Position numbers and translations under genes: made by a program. A stretch of DNA of 63,806 bases, the filler included, from Octopus bimaculoides (lineage: Eukaryota), in NCBI RefSeq assembly GCF_001194135.2. It is 10 parts of 10 records of this genome, joined end to end, with 100 filler letters (N's around TTAATTAATTAA, not from the genome) between each part and the next. Parts side by side here need not be neighbours in the genome. Positions count along the whole stretch, not along the records: positions 12,854 to 27,720 come from NC_069003.1; 9 more parts are not named here. One strand, written 5' to 3'. Under the pieces are notes generated by a model. The model was given only the letters and a program-made list of their open reading frames with translations. It was not told the origin of the DNA and searched no databases. This document shows positions 12,917 through 27,820 of this stretch, piece by piece (position 1 is the stretch's first letter; the number at the start of each line of letters is the position of its first letter).

Positions 12917-14571
12917 TATGCGTGCGCAACACACACACACGAATAATAAAGGTATTATTATGAAGGCTGACACAGTAAACTTTACTGGCCTTTCCGTCTA
13001 ATCTCACACATCACCAGTTGCCTGTAACCCTGGCTCTCTGTCCGTTACGACAATCAGTGTTCCAGTTGATCTGATCGACGAAATAACCTGCTCGTGAAAT
13101 TAATGTGCAAGCGGCTGAGCACACCGCAGACACGCGTACATTGATTCAATGCGATACAGTTTGACAAGGCCAGCACTTTGAACTACACTTGCTATACATT
13201 TTTGGGGCTGCTGAGTGGGAAGACGATTACGTCTCCAGAAGAAAAATACTAAGATGCATTGCAAGAAAGGGATGCATCTCACAGATACGATACACTTGTA
13301 ACAACATCCTGAAGTACCAATTTAACAATTTGAGAGGTTGCTAGAATATATATTTGCATGTGTGTGTGTGTGTGCTTGTGTGAAGTTACTGTCTTAGAAT
13401 TTTAGTCCGAGGCCAGAAATGTCAGGTAGGGGTTAGGTCGATTCCATCGACCCTAGTGCTTAGATGGTACTTATTTTATCGAACCCAAAAGGACGAAACG
13501 CTAAGTCGAACTCCGCGGCATGTGAACTCGGAATGTAACGACGGACCAAATACCGCTATGCTTTTCGCCCGGCGTGCTGGCCATTCTACAAGCTGGAGAT
13601 GATGATGATGATAATGATGACGTGTTCGTGTGTATGTAAAGAAATATATATATATCCATTGTATATTCATGTAAATATATGAACAAACATACCCATATAT
13701 ATATACATGTATATATATACACATATAGATAAGTATACACACATGCATATATACATATATATATATATATATANNNNNNNNNNNNNNNNNNNNNNNNNNN
13801 NNNNNNNNNNNNNNNNNNNNNNNNNNNNNNNNNNNNNNNNNNNNNNNNNNNNNNNNNNNNNNNNNNNNNNNNNNNNNNNNNNNNNNNNNNNNNNNNNNNN
13901 NNNNNNNNNNNNNNNNNNNNNNNNNNNNNNNNNNNNNNNNNNNNNNNNNNNNNNNNNNNNNNNNNNNNNNNNNNNNNNNNNNNNNNNNNNNNNNNNNNNN
14001 NNNNNNNNNNNNNNNNNNNNNNNNNNNNNNNNNNNNNNNNNNNNNNNNNNNNNNNNNNNNNNNNNNNNNNNNNNNNNNNNNNNNNNNNNNNNNNNNNNNN
14101 NNNNNNNNNNNNNNNNNNNNNNNNNNNNNNNNNNNNNNNNNNNNNNNNNNNNNNNNNNNNNNNNNNNNNNNNNNNNNNNNNNNNNNNNNNNNNNNNNNNN
14201 NNNNNNNNNNNNNNNNNNNNNNNNNNNNNNNNNNNNNNNNNNNNNNNNNNNNNNNNNNNNNNNNNNNNNNNNNNNNNNNNNNNNNNNNNNNNNNNNNNNN
14301 NNNNNNNNNNNNNNNNNNNNNNNNNNNNNNNNNNNNNNNNNNNNNNNNNNNNNNNNNNNNNNNNNNNNNNNNNNNNNNNNNNNNNNNNNNNNNNNNNNNN
14401 NNNNNNNNNNNNNNNNNNNNNNNNNNNNNNNNNNNNNNNNNNNNNNNNNNNNNNNNNNNNNNNNNNNNNNNNNNNNNNNNNNNNNNNNNNNNNNNNNNNN
14501 NNNNNNNNNNNNNNNNNNNNNNNNNNNNNNNNNNNNNNNNNNNNATATATAAGTGTGTGCGTATGTGTGTG

Positions 14572-14614
<43 letters not shown>

Positions 14615-14782
14615 TGGGCGTTGTACTACGTCTGTGAATACTTTTCTCATACAATTCTGCCTACGGAACGAGAATGATTAAAATTATTTATAAGATACGC
14701 ACAGGTTTGTATGTAAATATCTATATACATTGATGTATATGTGCATTATATATATGTATATATATATATGATGTATGGATTC

Positions 14783-14865
<83 letters not shown>

Positions 14866-15706
14866 GTATATGCACATATGTTTATAAATATAAATACATG
14901 TATGTGTGTGTGTGTGTGTGTCTATATATATGTATATATACATATATTTGCATGTATGTATTCATGTATGTATGCATGTATATATGTGTTTACTTGTGTA
15001 TTGGTATGTTTGCATACGTAAATGTATTTGGTATGAATAATGTCAAATGTACTTTTAGCATTTTGCATTAGTTGTCACTTACAATGGTTGTTTTAAGTGG
15101 AGTTGCTTACACACGAGTTAGAATTATGAAAATGTAGCTTTAATGTATGAAATTTAATAAACCAATAAAGCTTCATTGAATTATTATAGATTTTTGAGTT
15201 ATTTCCCTAAACAACCGTTTCTCCATCTGGCATTTGCTGCAACGTAGTTTTTCTCCTCATGAAGGTAAAATTCGCAAATATTCTCCGATAGAGTACATAT
15301 ACATTAGGTTATCTCGTTTATTTTGTTAATCCCAAAACGTGCTTCGTTATTTTGTCAACCTGCGACGAGAAGATTCAATGGCGGCGTTTGAAATCAAACA
15401 CTAGGAAGAAAGCAAAGATGCAATGGATTTTCTCGAGCTCTGCCAAATCACTGCCTAACCAACAAATATAAAAACGATGTCGTCATTAAATATTTCACTA
15501 CACACATGTATGTGTGCGTATATATANNNNNNNNNNNNNNNNNNNNNNNNNNNNNNNNNNNNNNNNNNNNNNNNNNNNNNNNNNNNNNNNNNNNNNNNNN
15601 NNNNNNNNNNNNNNNNNNNNNNNNNNNNNNNNNNNNNNNNNNNNNNNNNNNNNNNNATATATATATACACATATATAATTACATATATCCATATATATAC
15701 ATATAG

Positions 15707-15738
<32 letters not shown>

Positions 15739-16199
15739 GAGATGCGTATATGTGTGTGCCTTTGTGTGTGTATTAATCGTACATTACTTGACTAATGCAA
15801 ATTGTACACATATATGTATGAATATGTATACACGCTGTCGCAGACAGATATGCGGATATATATGTATTTGGCTATATGTATGTACGTGTGTATCTACATA
15901 TGTATGTGTGCATGTATGTATGTATGTATGTATGCATGCATTTATGTATCTAAACTGACAGAGACACAAAGAAGATGGCGAATCAAATACGAGGGGTGTG
16001 AAAAAAAAAAGTATTATAAAATTGTCGATAACAATTCAATTATTGATTTAGTACTAATTGAATTCGTATAATTAAGTAGATGAATATGAAATAGATATTT
16101 CTTTTCATTTTTCCTATTTTATTTTTCTGATATATTCTATCAAAATTTCGAAATCATTTCTTTGCATAAATATATTTATTGTATTATGTTATAAAGATT

Positions 16200-16970
16200 T
16201 ACAGTTTGGTTTTCTGCCTAATGGGCAGGGTGCGTTCCATTAATTCTTGCATTCTAAGGCTTTCCATTGCTGTGTATCCACTGGCTCCTGGACTTCACAT
16301 ATCCTGTCTTCAGCTTGGGCTGTTCGACCTTCTAACTTTGTCTTTCGAGTCTGTAAACAGGGTTAAGAGATGCTCTCTATATATTCTTTCATCCTTTAAT
16401 TCTTTTATACTTTTCAGGCCAAAGGTTATGGCCAGGCTGGGGCATGACCTGTCTCATCCCTTTTTCAGTGGCCATTCTCATGTGGGTGGCTTTGGTGAAG
16501 GAGGGAATTTGATACGGCTAACTGAGTAATTTCTTGCTGTGATGTCACTTCATCTGGGATCACGGACTGCAGAATGAGAAATGGCTTCTTGAAAGTATCT
16601 ACCTATATAACATTTTAGCAACATATTAAGTAAGTGTGGTCCTCTGGATCTTAATGTATTCCGGTACCTGGTTCTTAATCTCGATCGCATAGCTCAGACT
16701 GTAGACAAGATAAGAGTGTCATGCTTTTCAGTTCTTGTATGACTCCAGATGCCAAAATTTTGGTGCCAAACCCTTTACGCAATTCCGTATGTATATCAGC
16801 GTGCATCTTCCCCATTTTAGCTCCTCAGAATACAGTCGTAATTCAGGTTTTGCCAGTAGCCCACGTCTTTCATTGATGTAATCTTCTTGGGGTAGCACAG
16901 CCAAATTGCCTCGAGCTCTGCTATTTTGTTGGCACTGAGAGGTGACCGCCGTTCAGAGATATACATTTTC
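16200..16970 (-). mobile_element. Decayed coding-like remnant, possibly LINE ORF1
   Basis: Non-repetitive, balanced composition with multiple stops; AIEIKNQVPEYIKIQ resembles L1/Tx1 ORF1 motifs. Identity uncertain. Confidence 0.3.
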
Positions 16971-19228
16971 ATATATCTATGTATAAATCTGTGTGTATGT
17001 ATGTCCGTCTTTGAATTATTTGCGAATGTGTATGTACGTATGTAACTTTAACTCGCTTATATTTAACAAAATACAAAAAACGCCAAAAATATTTTAAATA
17101 ATTTTAAGAAAAAAATTTACATCTCTATATATATTTTTTTTCTTTTTGTACACCTCAATCTCAATACCAGCTGAAATATTCCGCAGTAAAACATGTCTAT
17201 TTCTATATGCAATATTTTATGTCGAGCATATTTATAAAATTTTATTGACGAACAGTCAAATAAACCACTTGTGTTATTTTCTATTTCCTCTTACTTATCT
17301 TGATGTATGGTTTGATGCTATGAATAGAACGAATGATATACGAGAAATCCATAAGGACTCCTTTTAACCATAGAAAATGGCATTTTTTTTCACTGCATTC
17401 TGCCAAAAACTAGCAATACATACATACATACATACATACATACATACATACATGCATACATATACATATATATATATATATATATGTATGTATAAATATA
17501 TATGATATATATATGTACACATATGTGTCTGCATGAATATGTGTGTAATATATATATATATATANNNNNNNNNNNNNNNNNNNNNNNNNNNNNNNNNNNN
17601 NNNNNNNNNNNNNNNNNNNNNNNNNNNNNNNNNNNNNNNNNNNNNNNNNNNNNNNNNNNNNNNNNNNNNNNNNNNNNNNNNNNNNNNNNNNNNNNNNNNN
17701 NNNNNNNNNNNNNNNNNNNNNNNNNNNNNNNNNNNNNNNNNNNNNNNNNNNNNNNNNNNNNNNNNNNNNNNNNNNNNNNNNNNNNNNNNNNNNNNNNNNN
17801 NNNNNNNNNNNNNNNNNNNNNNNNNNNNNNNNNNNNNNNNNNNNNNNNNNNNNNNNNNNNNNNNNNNNNNNNNNNNNNNNNNNNNNNNNNNNNNNNNNNN
17901 NNNNNNNNNNNNNNNNNNNNNNNNNNNNNNNNNNNNNNNNNNNNNNNNNNNNNNNNNNNNNNNNNNNNNNNNNNNNNNNNNNNNNNNNNNNNNNNNNNNN
18001 NNNNNNNNNNNNNNNNNNNNNNNNNNNNNNNNNNNNNNNNNNNNNNNNNNNNNNNNNNNNNNNNNNNNNNNNNNNNNNNNNNNNNNNNNNNNNNNNNNNN
18101 NNNNNNNNNNNNNNNNNNNNNNNNNNNNNNNNNNNNNNNNNNNNNNNNNNNNNNNNNNNNNNNNNNNNNNNNNNNNNNNNNNNNNNNNNNNNNNNNNNNN
18201 NNNNNNNNNNNNNNNNNNNNNNNNNNNNNNNNNNNNNNNNNNNNNNNNNNNNNNNNNNNNNNNNNNNNNNNNNNNNNNNNNNNNNNNNNNNNNNNNNNNN
18301 NNNNNNNNNNNNNNNNNNNNNNNNNNNNNNNNNNNNNNNNNNNNNNNNNNNNNNNNNNNNNGAATGTATGTGTGGCCGAGCTTAGTCATATGTGACCCTC
18401 TGAGTGCGTATAGGAACGTGTTTGTGTGTGTATGTGGAAAGGTAAAATAGTACGTGCGCTGTACGGGGTGATGTGTGTTCTGAGTATTTGTGTGTGTGTG
18501 TGAGCGTGTGCATATGTGTGAGAGTGAGAGAGACAGTGCATAGTGTGTCTGTGTTTATTTGCTGCTATCAGATGTGTGTGTGTGAAAACTCTTGTGCTTA
18601 GCAGCTAATGTGTGTATGAGCGAGTAGCGTGTCTACGTTTGTGTATGTGTGAGTGTTTGTGAATGAAAGGTGTGTCCGTGACTCATGTGTGTGTGTGTAT
18701 GACACCATAGTGTGCGTCTGTATTAAAAATTCTATGTGTTTTGTGTTTCTCTGTGTGTGTGTATTTCGTGTTGTGAGCGTGTGTTTATGAATGAATATTA
18801 TGTCTGCTTGTGCTTATGTATATATGTGAACGAGTGTAGTGATCGTTACTAGTCGGTGATAAAATGTAGTGGACATGTCTGGTCAGTTTCTTTCGACCTA
18901 GTTCCGCTCATAAGAACGCGTTATGGAAGGTGTCTGCTACTAAATTTCCTTCGCAATGGTATCACATTCGAAACTTTGCAATATTTCAGATTAATATATT
19001 CCCTACATAAGCATTCTTGCTCCGTGGTGTATAATTTTATGGTGTAGGACTTCAAAACAGCTTCACACCTAAACCATATCATTGCATATCTCCAATGCCT
19101 GTTTTATCTTTCATAGCATATTCATGTCATGATTTCATGAATTTGCTTCAATGCGATAGGATATTATAATTTTTCGATTCGATAGCATTTACGATATTTC
19201 CTTCAGCAATCTGAAATCCTTAGATATC

Positions 19229-19338
<110 letters not shown>

Positions 19339-19607
19339 TGCATGTGTGTGTGTGAGTGTGTGTGTGTATCTACATATGAGTGTGTGTGTCTGTGTGTGTA
19401 TTTGAAAGTCTACCAGAATTATTTAATACAGTTTTTGATGTGTAAATCTGATTTTTTTAGAAAAAGAAAATTCTGTGAAATCTTTGATGAGGATGTTACT
19501 AACCTTTTTCGGGAAGAAGTGTTCCTTTTCTTATGTGTGAACGCTTTCAAACACACGTGCTGTTATATAATTAGAAGTCTTTGTAAAAATTGCTTCATAC
19601 AGGTTTA

Positions 19608-19640
19608 CAGGCGGCCCGGGTTCGATTCTCGGCATGGGAA
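19608..19640 (+). pseudogene. 3' half of a tRNA-Glu-like sequence
   Basis: CAGGCGGCCCGGGTTCGATTCTCGGCATGGGAA matches the recalled 3' anticodon stem, T-arm and acceptor strand of metazoan tRNA-Glu; no 5' half upstream. Confidence 0.5.
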
Positions 19641-20333
19641 CGTTTACTTCATAGGCGCACGAATGACTGTGTAGTAAGTATAGGCGCAGGTGTGGCTTTG
19701 TGGTAAGTATAGGCGCAGTAGTGGCTGTGCGGTAAGTAGCTTGCTTACCATCGACATGGTTCCGGGTTCAGTTCCACTGCGTGGCACCTTCAGCTAGTAT
19801 CTTCTACTATATATACTTACACTTTTATACGCGTGTGTATGTTTGTTTGAGTGTATGAATGTCTTTATGCATGTATGTGCGGACGTAAGCATGTATGTAT
19901 GCATGTATGTAAGCATGTATGTATATATGTATGTATGCATCGATGTATGTATGTCAATCTAAATACAGTGTTGAAATATATAACATTGGCTGTCATCTTG
20001 TTCAGAAAAAGCATTTATATCTTCTGTTTTGGGAGAAAGACTTGGCGATGCAATCATTTTGCTGATAAGCATGCGTGATGCGTGAATTTGTGAGCGCAAT
20101 GTGAGTGCGTCTGTGTGTTTGTGTGTGAGTGTGTGTTTACGTCGTAGAGCATTCAGGCACGCACACACACACACGAACACAGACACACATACATATGCAC
20201 ACACACACATACAAACGTACATACATACATGTGTGTATATATATATATGTATATATATACATACATACATACACACATACATACATGATACATATACATA
20301 GCTTTATATGAATATACATATGTATATGTGTAC

Positions 20334-20382
<49 letters not shown>

Positions 20383-20899
20383 CATATATGTAAAGACACA
20401 TACACCTACCACACACACACACACATATATATATATATTACTCTTATACATATATGTATCAATCTATTTTCCCGTATGTATGTATGTATGTATGTATGTA
20501 TGTATGTATGTATGTGCGTCTGTGTGTGTGTGTGTGTTTGTGTATATAAGTTTCATTTACATCAGTAACTGCGCATGTTTAACCGTTCGAAGGCTGTGGC
20601 TGTATACATTCATTTGTTTTACAAGTGTATATACACGTGAGCGCCATTATTCAATACAACTCCAATGCTACAACGTTCCATAGAATCTTCCATGGAAGAA
20701 CAACCACAATTCATAAAGTTCCAATGGAAGTCTCCCAAAAGATGATTCTGTCAACTCGGTTTCCTCTGAGTGAGCAGAGATTTGTCTTCTACGCCTCACC
20801 TGCCATTCCTTCCATGATGATGCTGTTGGGAGGTGACGACGAAGAAAAACAACAAGAGTGTTTATGATCATGACGTATCTGACAAGGTTACAGAGAGAA

Positions 20900-20947
<48 letters not shown>

Positions 20948-21019
20948 NNNNNNNNNNAGAGAGAGAGAGAGAGAGAGAGAGAGGCAGACAGACTGAGAGG
21001 GTGGGGGTGAGAGGGAGGA

Positions 21020-21300
21020 ATCAATGAATCTGATGATGAGGATGACGATGATGATGATGATGACGGTGAGGATGGCGACAATGATATTTACAAAATAATG
21101 ATGAGGAGGATGGCGCTGGTAATAATGGCCATGTTTGGTGGTAGCTGCAATAAAGATGCTGATCGACACTAGAGAGAATCACTGTGACGATGACGATGAC
21201 GACGATTATGATGAGGATGATGGTGACGTCGTGATGATGATGATCATGATGGCAGCAGTGGTGGCGGCGGCGGTTGGCGGTGGCGGTGGCGGCAGTGTAT
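21020..21300. repeat. Trinucleotide mosaic (GAT/GAC/GGT/GGC)
   Basis: Low-complexity runs. Similar mosaics at 680-740, 31790-32130 and 62710-63420. Confidence 0.9.
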
Positions 21301-23331
21301 TCTTTGTTGCAGTATACACACAGGCGGTTATTCTCTGTTCTGTGGTAATAATTGGTCACATATAAATTCAAATGATTTCGCTGAAAATGGATTGATCAAA
21401 TAGAATTTTGAACAACGACTGCAGTTTATGACAGCATTTTAGGAAAGTTGTTTAGTGAGAATTGNNNNNNNNNNGGTTTCTGGTGGTGGTGGATTCTGGT
21501 GGTGGTGGGTTCTGGTGGTGGTAGTGGTGGTGGGTTCTGGTTGCAGTGGCGGCGGCGGTTGGCGGTGGCGGTGGCGGCAGTGTATTCTTTGTTGCAGTAT
21601 ACACACAGGCGGTTATTCTCTGTTCTGTGGTAATAATTGGTCACATATAAATTCAAATGATTTCGCTGAAAATGGATTGATCAAATAGAATTTTGAACAA
21701 CGACTGCAGTTTATGACAGCATTTTAGGAAAGTTGTTTAGTGAGAATTGGTTTGTTTGATGAGATTTCGTTCTAGTCATTTTCAACAGTTTCGCATTTAT
21801 AATTTAAAATTTTGCATTCGATTATATTATCTTTGAGCGAGTCTGTGAGATGATTTAAAATGTGAAGCTCTTTCATAGTAGCTTCTTTCGTTATAGTCAT
21901 CGTCGTCGTGGATAACGTCGTCGTCAGCGATATAATCTTCAGTGTCATCGCCATTTTCATTGTTCTAATTAATGTCATCATCTTCATCCCTGTTGTTTCT
22001 GCGCTGTAGCGTATGTTCTAAGTTTTCTTGTGTAACAAGATCCTTAACAAATAATGGTCATTTGAAAGGGTTATTAAAAACTGCTTCAAAAGAGCCCAAT
22101 AGAATAATCAAATGGCATAAACGTAAACCAAGAACTCTGGGCGGTTCGTTCGGTTAAACCCCTTCAAGCGTTGCTTGGCCACAGTCTTCTGAATGAGACT
22201 AGGAGATGTTAAAAGATTATAAATATCAAAAATATACGCATACATAAAAAAAGACGGAGATAAAGAGAAAGAAGATCAAACGGTGCTGTCTATCAAAGCC
22301 ATTCGTTTTTTTTTTCTTTTTATGTAGACGATGTTTGGACACAGATGTGTACTATGTGATATGTGATATGTATACAGTTTAAAGTAATATCTTTGAAACT
22401 AGACACATCAGGAATAGAATTCTAAAATAACAGCTGTTGTTTATGACAGTCTGTTACCAAAGTATTTTAGTTGAGAATAAGTATTCGTCTGAAGCAATTT
22501 CTTGTTCCTGTTATTCTTAATAACTGCACGTGTTCAATGCGTATTTAGTTATTGTTTGTCATTTTAAAAGTTGCGTCCGATTATATTATTCATAATCTAA
22601 GTGAAGTGATTGAAATATTTATGTTTTTCCATAGTTACTTTGAAACATCGTCGAAATCGTCGTCGTTGTCGTTTCTGAGCTATCGATTATGTTTGTCGGC
22701 TGGCGAGACCGTGATGTCATTCAAAAATAAATTTGATTTCTGTGAGCACAAGCAAAGTGCGTTCGATCCGCACTAGACCCAAAATGTCTTCCCAAATCCG
22801 TTGTACCTGCGGCATTAAGGTATCGAGTGAATGGCTCACCAGTCCAACTGCAGTTTGCCGTTGCACACTTTGTCACATTCTTTGTGTTAGAAGAAATCCA
22901 AAATGGTAGTCAGCAAGATTTGAATCCTCATACGGAATTTGAACTCAAAACCTAAATCGGTCGAAGAAATAGCCCAAAATGTCTTGTCCGATATTCTTAA
23001 AAATTCACCCGATCCGCTGCCTTGGGCATCTAATTTATTTGCCGCATCTGATAAAATGCACGAGAATGTTTTCTACTACAAGGATTGAAAGCAATATATC
23101 AGAATAAATATCTGCCACTGAGTTATAGGTAACTCTGTAATGCCGTTGCCATTTTACTGCCTTGCATTCTCTAGTTCTAATGGAAGAAATAAATGGCTAA
23201 ATAAATAACATCTCAGGCTGATCATAAAGTAACCAGAATGGGATTGGTAAATGCGCTAATATGAACTATATCCAAAGTGTGTACTTCAAATGATCAGAAC
23301 TCTTCTGTATATGTGCTACGACGGAAATTTA

Positions 23332-23380
<49 letters not shown>

Positions 23381-24459
23381 NNNNNNNNNNNNNNNNNNNN
23401 NNNNNNNNNNNNNNNNNNNNNNNNNNNNNNNNNNNNNNNNNNNNNNNNNNNNNNNNNNNNNNNNNNNNNNNNNNNNNNNNNNNNNNNNNNNNNNNNNNNN
23501 NNNNNNNNNNNNNNNNNNNNNNNNNNNNNNNNNNNNNNNNNNNNNNNNNNNNNNNNNNNNNNNNNNNNNNNNNNNNNNNNNNNNNNNNNNNNNNNNNNNN
23601 NNNNNNNNNNNNNNNNNNNNNNNNNNNNNNNNNNNNNNNNNNNNNNNNNNNNNNNNNNNNNNNNNNNNNNNNNNNNNNNNNNNNNNNNNNNNNNNNNNNN
23701 NNNNNNNNNNNNNNNNNNNNNNNNNNNNNNNNNNNNNNNNNNNNNNNNNNNNNNNNNNNNNNNNNNNNNNNNNNNNNNNNNNNNNNNNNNNNNNNNNNNN
23801 NNNNNNNNNNNNNNNNNNNNNNNNNNNNNNNNNNNNNNNNNNNNNNNNNNNNNNNNNNNNNNNNNNNNNNNNNNNNNNNNNNNNNNNNNNNNNNNNNNNN
23901 NNNNNNNNNNNNNNNNNNNNNNNNNNNNNNNNNNNNNNNNNNNNNNNNNNNNNNNNNNNNNNNNNNNNNNNNNNNNNNNNNNNNNNNNNNNNNNNNNNNN
24001 NNNNNNNNNNNNNNNNNNNNNNNNNNNNNNNNNNNNNNNNNNNNNNNNNNNNNNNNNNNNNNNNNNNNNNNNNNNNNNNNNTATATATATATATATATAT
24101 ATACTCAAACACAGACATATGACAAATTCTGTGCCCTTCAAAAAGTGGTCAGAAATGAACGCTTACATAATAGCCAGGTTGCTTCTTCTCTACATAGATA
24201 CTGATATTAAGCATTTCCACATTGTGGCCAGTACCTGCTGCACAACTAAGAGCATTCAAATTCTATGAATGCGCACATGACAGAAATAAGCATACTTATA
24301 CGTCTACCTAATTCCTGCAAACATACGTACACCTACACACAGATATAATCCCGCATAATACACAGATACATACATATATATACATTCATATAGGCATTTT
24401 TTTCTTTGTTCTTTTACTTGCTTCAGAGCAGGTTTTACAGCCACATCATCCATCCAAAC

Positions 24460-24495
24460 TGGCCGGGTGAAACCGGGCTTAGCAGCTAGTAGAAA
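24460..24495 (-). mobile_element. Helitron-like 5' terminus
   Basis: tactagctgctaagcccggtttcacccggcc resembles the CTAG..cccg..cccg start of non-autonomous Helitrons. Confidence 0.3.
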
Positions 24496-27165
24496 CATAA
24501 ATTTGAAAATATGTTGATTAGGGAATGAATATTACAATTTAAATGTTCTTTACAATTACGATTCTGTTTTTGGATTTTCTCGTCAATGTTTTATTTCTAT
24601 CTTAGTTTCTAGTTTCATATTTCGTTAATAAATCAGTGTTTATATATTTATTTAAAAAAATTGAGAAATATAGGCTGGGCTCATTGTATTCTTCGGATTT
24701 TCATTTACACGGCAATATGTGATGATTGCCATTACACAAGTATGCCCAATGGTCTTAATCTTGAACAAAAGCTGAAATATAAAGAAAGGAAAGTGCGAAC
24801 CAATCAAAACGACGCACGACGCACAAGATAATGCCAATTCCAATTTCATATAATATTTAATTGAAAGGGCAACAGCTGAGTAAGTATATAATTAAATAAA
24901 TGCTATCAGAGAACACTTATATCAGTGACAAAAACAGCATATACATTTATTATATATAACAGACCGAAATTTAATCATATCTATTTCTGGTTGTATACAA
25001 CAAGCTGGCGATATTTAATAAATAAGTGTAATTAAATATAACTACGAGTAATTTTATAACATTTAAATTCAAATATACATGGTGTGATTTTATAATGAAT
25101 AACTCTTGAGAATATAATATTCAGGTAGTGGTGTTGGAATATTACCCGGTGAAATGTATATTAAATACAAAGCTAAAGCATGGCTTTTGTTTCACAAATA
25201 ATGAAGACATACCATATATATATAATCAAAATAAGCAACAGGATATACAGAGGTAATGCAGTACGATCGTTTCAAGCGACTTCATTTAATTGAACAGTGC
25301 AACTATGACATCAATTTAATATCTGGATATCTTGCTGCTGAGGAATATGTTTTTAACAACTAACATTTTAAGAGTATCATAAAGAGTTCCTCTAATAAGC
25401 AGCTCTTGTTCACAATGACATTGAACAATATATACACATACGTGTATATACGTTGGTGAGTAGTAGAGTTGCTTTCACAATATTGTTACTTGTTAATAAA
25501 ACTATTTGTGACACAAATTTACATTTTTCGACATTGTTCTTTGTTGTCGGTCTGAATTAATTTTCTTTTTATTTCTAATTTTGCGATTATATATTATTTT
25601 TGTGAATTATACTTCTTTTTTCTTGTAAAATGTCGCTGATAGATGGCATCAGCTTAATTAACTATGTTTTGACTCTTGTTAATGTATGAACAGACGGCAG
25701 CCATCTTCACTTCCTAGTGGATAACATAACACTCTCACTTGATATTTCTTAAATAAGGCGTTTCTTACATATTCACATTCATTTACACATTCGCCTAAAA
25801 AACTGAATATGTTTTTGTAGTTGACGGATATCTATATGAGGAGGAAGTTAAAATATCTCATTGGCATGTATAAATACAACTTCATAATTTCTCAACACTA
25901 CTTGGAGGTACATCAGTTGTACGCACGCCACCACCACCGATTATAGGCACACATACCTATTTATCTCTCTAAACATGCACAAACATACTTTGCCTTTCAC
26001 CCTTTCGTAGTCGATTAAATAAATACCAGTTACACACTAGGGTCGATCACATCCACTTAATCCTTTTGTCTGCCATTGTTTGTCTACTCTATGTTTAGCC
26101 CGCTATGGGCAATAAAGAAATAAATATTTTTTTTCATGCATATATATTCCAAATAAATATATTATTAAGATAAGTTTCCAGAATATTTATTCGATGCACT
26201 GTACAAAAAATTCCAAAACTCAGAACGCTGCTACCTGCGTCATTTCTGGTGACGCATTCAATTAATTTAGACCTGAAGGATACCTCGACCACCTGTCTTT
26301 GTTTTATTTTATATATGCACACAAAAAACACACACACAAATGCATATATATATATATATATATANNNNNNNNNNNNNNNNNNNNNNNNNNNNNNNNNNNN
26401 NNNNNNNNNNNNNNNNNNNNNNNNNNNNNNNNNNNNNNNNNNNNNNNNNNNNNNNNNNNNNNNNNNNNNNNNNNNNNNNNNNNNNNNNNNNNNNNNNNNN
26501 NNNNNNNNNNNNNNNNNNNNNNNNNNNNNNNNNNNNNNNNNNNNNNNNNNNNNNNNNNNNNNNNNNNNNNNNNNNNNNNNNNNNNNNNNNNNNNNNNNNN
26601 NNNNNNNNNNNNNNNNNNNNNNNNNNNNNNNNNNNNNNNNNNNNNNNNNNNNNNNNNNNNNNNNNNNNNNNNNNNNNNNNNNNNNNNNNNNNNNNNNNNN
26701 NNNNNNNNNNNNNNNNNNNNNNNNNNNNNNNNNNNNNNNNNNNNNNNNNNNNNNNNNNNNNNNNNNNNNNNNNNNNNNNNNNNNNNNNNNNNNNNNNNNN
26801 NNNNNNNNNNNNNNNNNNNNNNNNNNNNNNNNNNNNNNNNNNNNNNNNNNNNNNNNNNNNNNNNNNNNNNNNNNNNNNNNNNNNNNNNNNNNNNNNNNNN
26901 NNNNNNNNNNNNNNNNNNNNNNNNNNNNNNNNNNNNNNNNNNNNNNNNNNNNNNNNNNNNNNNNNNNNNNNNNNNNNNNNNNNNNNNNNNNNNNNNNNNN
27001 NNNNNNNNNNNNNNNNNNNNNNNNNNNNNNNNNNNNNNNNNNNNNNNNNNNNNNNNNNNNNNNNNNNNNNNNNNNNNNNNNNNNNNNNNNNNNNNNNNNN
27101 NNNNNNNNNNNNNNNNNNNNNNNNNNNNNNNNNNNNNNNNNNNNNNNNNNNNNNNNNNNNNNNNN

Positions 27166-27200
<35 letters not shown>

Positions 27201-27662
27201 GCATAGCCATACAACCACTCGGTGATTATACCTTCATAATCATTAATGCTAACCTGTAATCAAACCGAAGAACACGAACTGTTCGTTTCTAAAAGTTATT
27301 CGATGTACAAATTCTAAATCTTAATGATACATTGCAATCGAAGATTCTCGACAAGACCATCTTCAAACAAAATGCATGGACAAATACAAATTATGGCTCG
27401 CTATACATCACGCGCATCATCAAAGGATTAAAAAGTTCACTCGGGGCGGATTAATGCAATATGTACGGCCAATCGACTCTTTCGGTTTTATTTTTTTCTT
27501 CATTCTATTAGAACTTCATTGCATCCTGTGCCAAAGAAACCACACCTACTGCTCGAATAAGTAATATACACTTCACATGGTAACAGTTATATATATATGT
27601 GTTTGTCTGTGTATATCTGTAAATAGATATATCTATGTATATGTATATTTATATTTATGTGC

Positions 27663-27720
<58 letters not shown>

Positions 27721-27820
27721 NNNNNNNNNNNNNNNNNNNNNNNNNNNNNNNNNNNNNNNNNNNNTTAATTAATTAANNNNNNNNNNNNNNNNNNNNNNNN
27801 NNNNNNNNNNNNNNNNNNNN

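Noticed and set aside
21240-21750. ~190 bp tandem duplication; similar cases at 35963-36110 and 51590-51810
   Set aside because: Each pair is identical and straddles a 10 N gap: overlapping contig ends left unmerged.
24410-24490. AKPGFTRPVW peptide as a phase-compatible downstream exon
   Set aside because: Similarity is only a few residues, the donor is weak, and the start coincides with a Helitron-like terminus.
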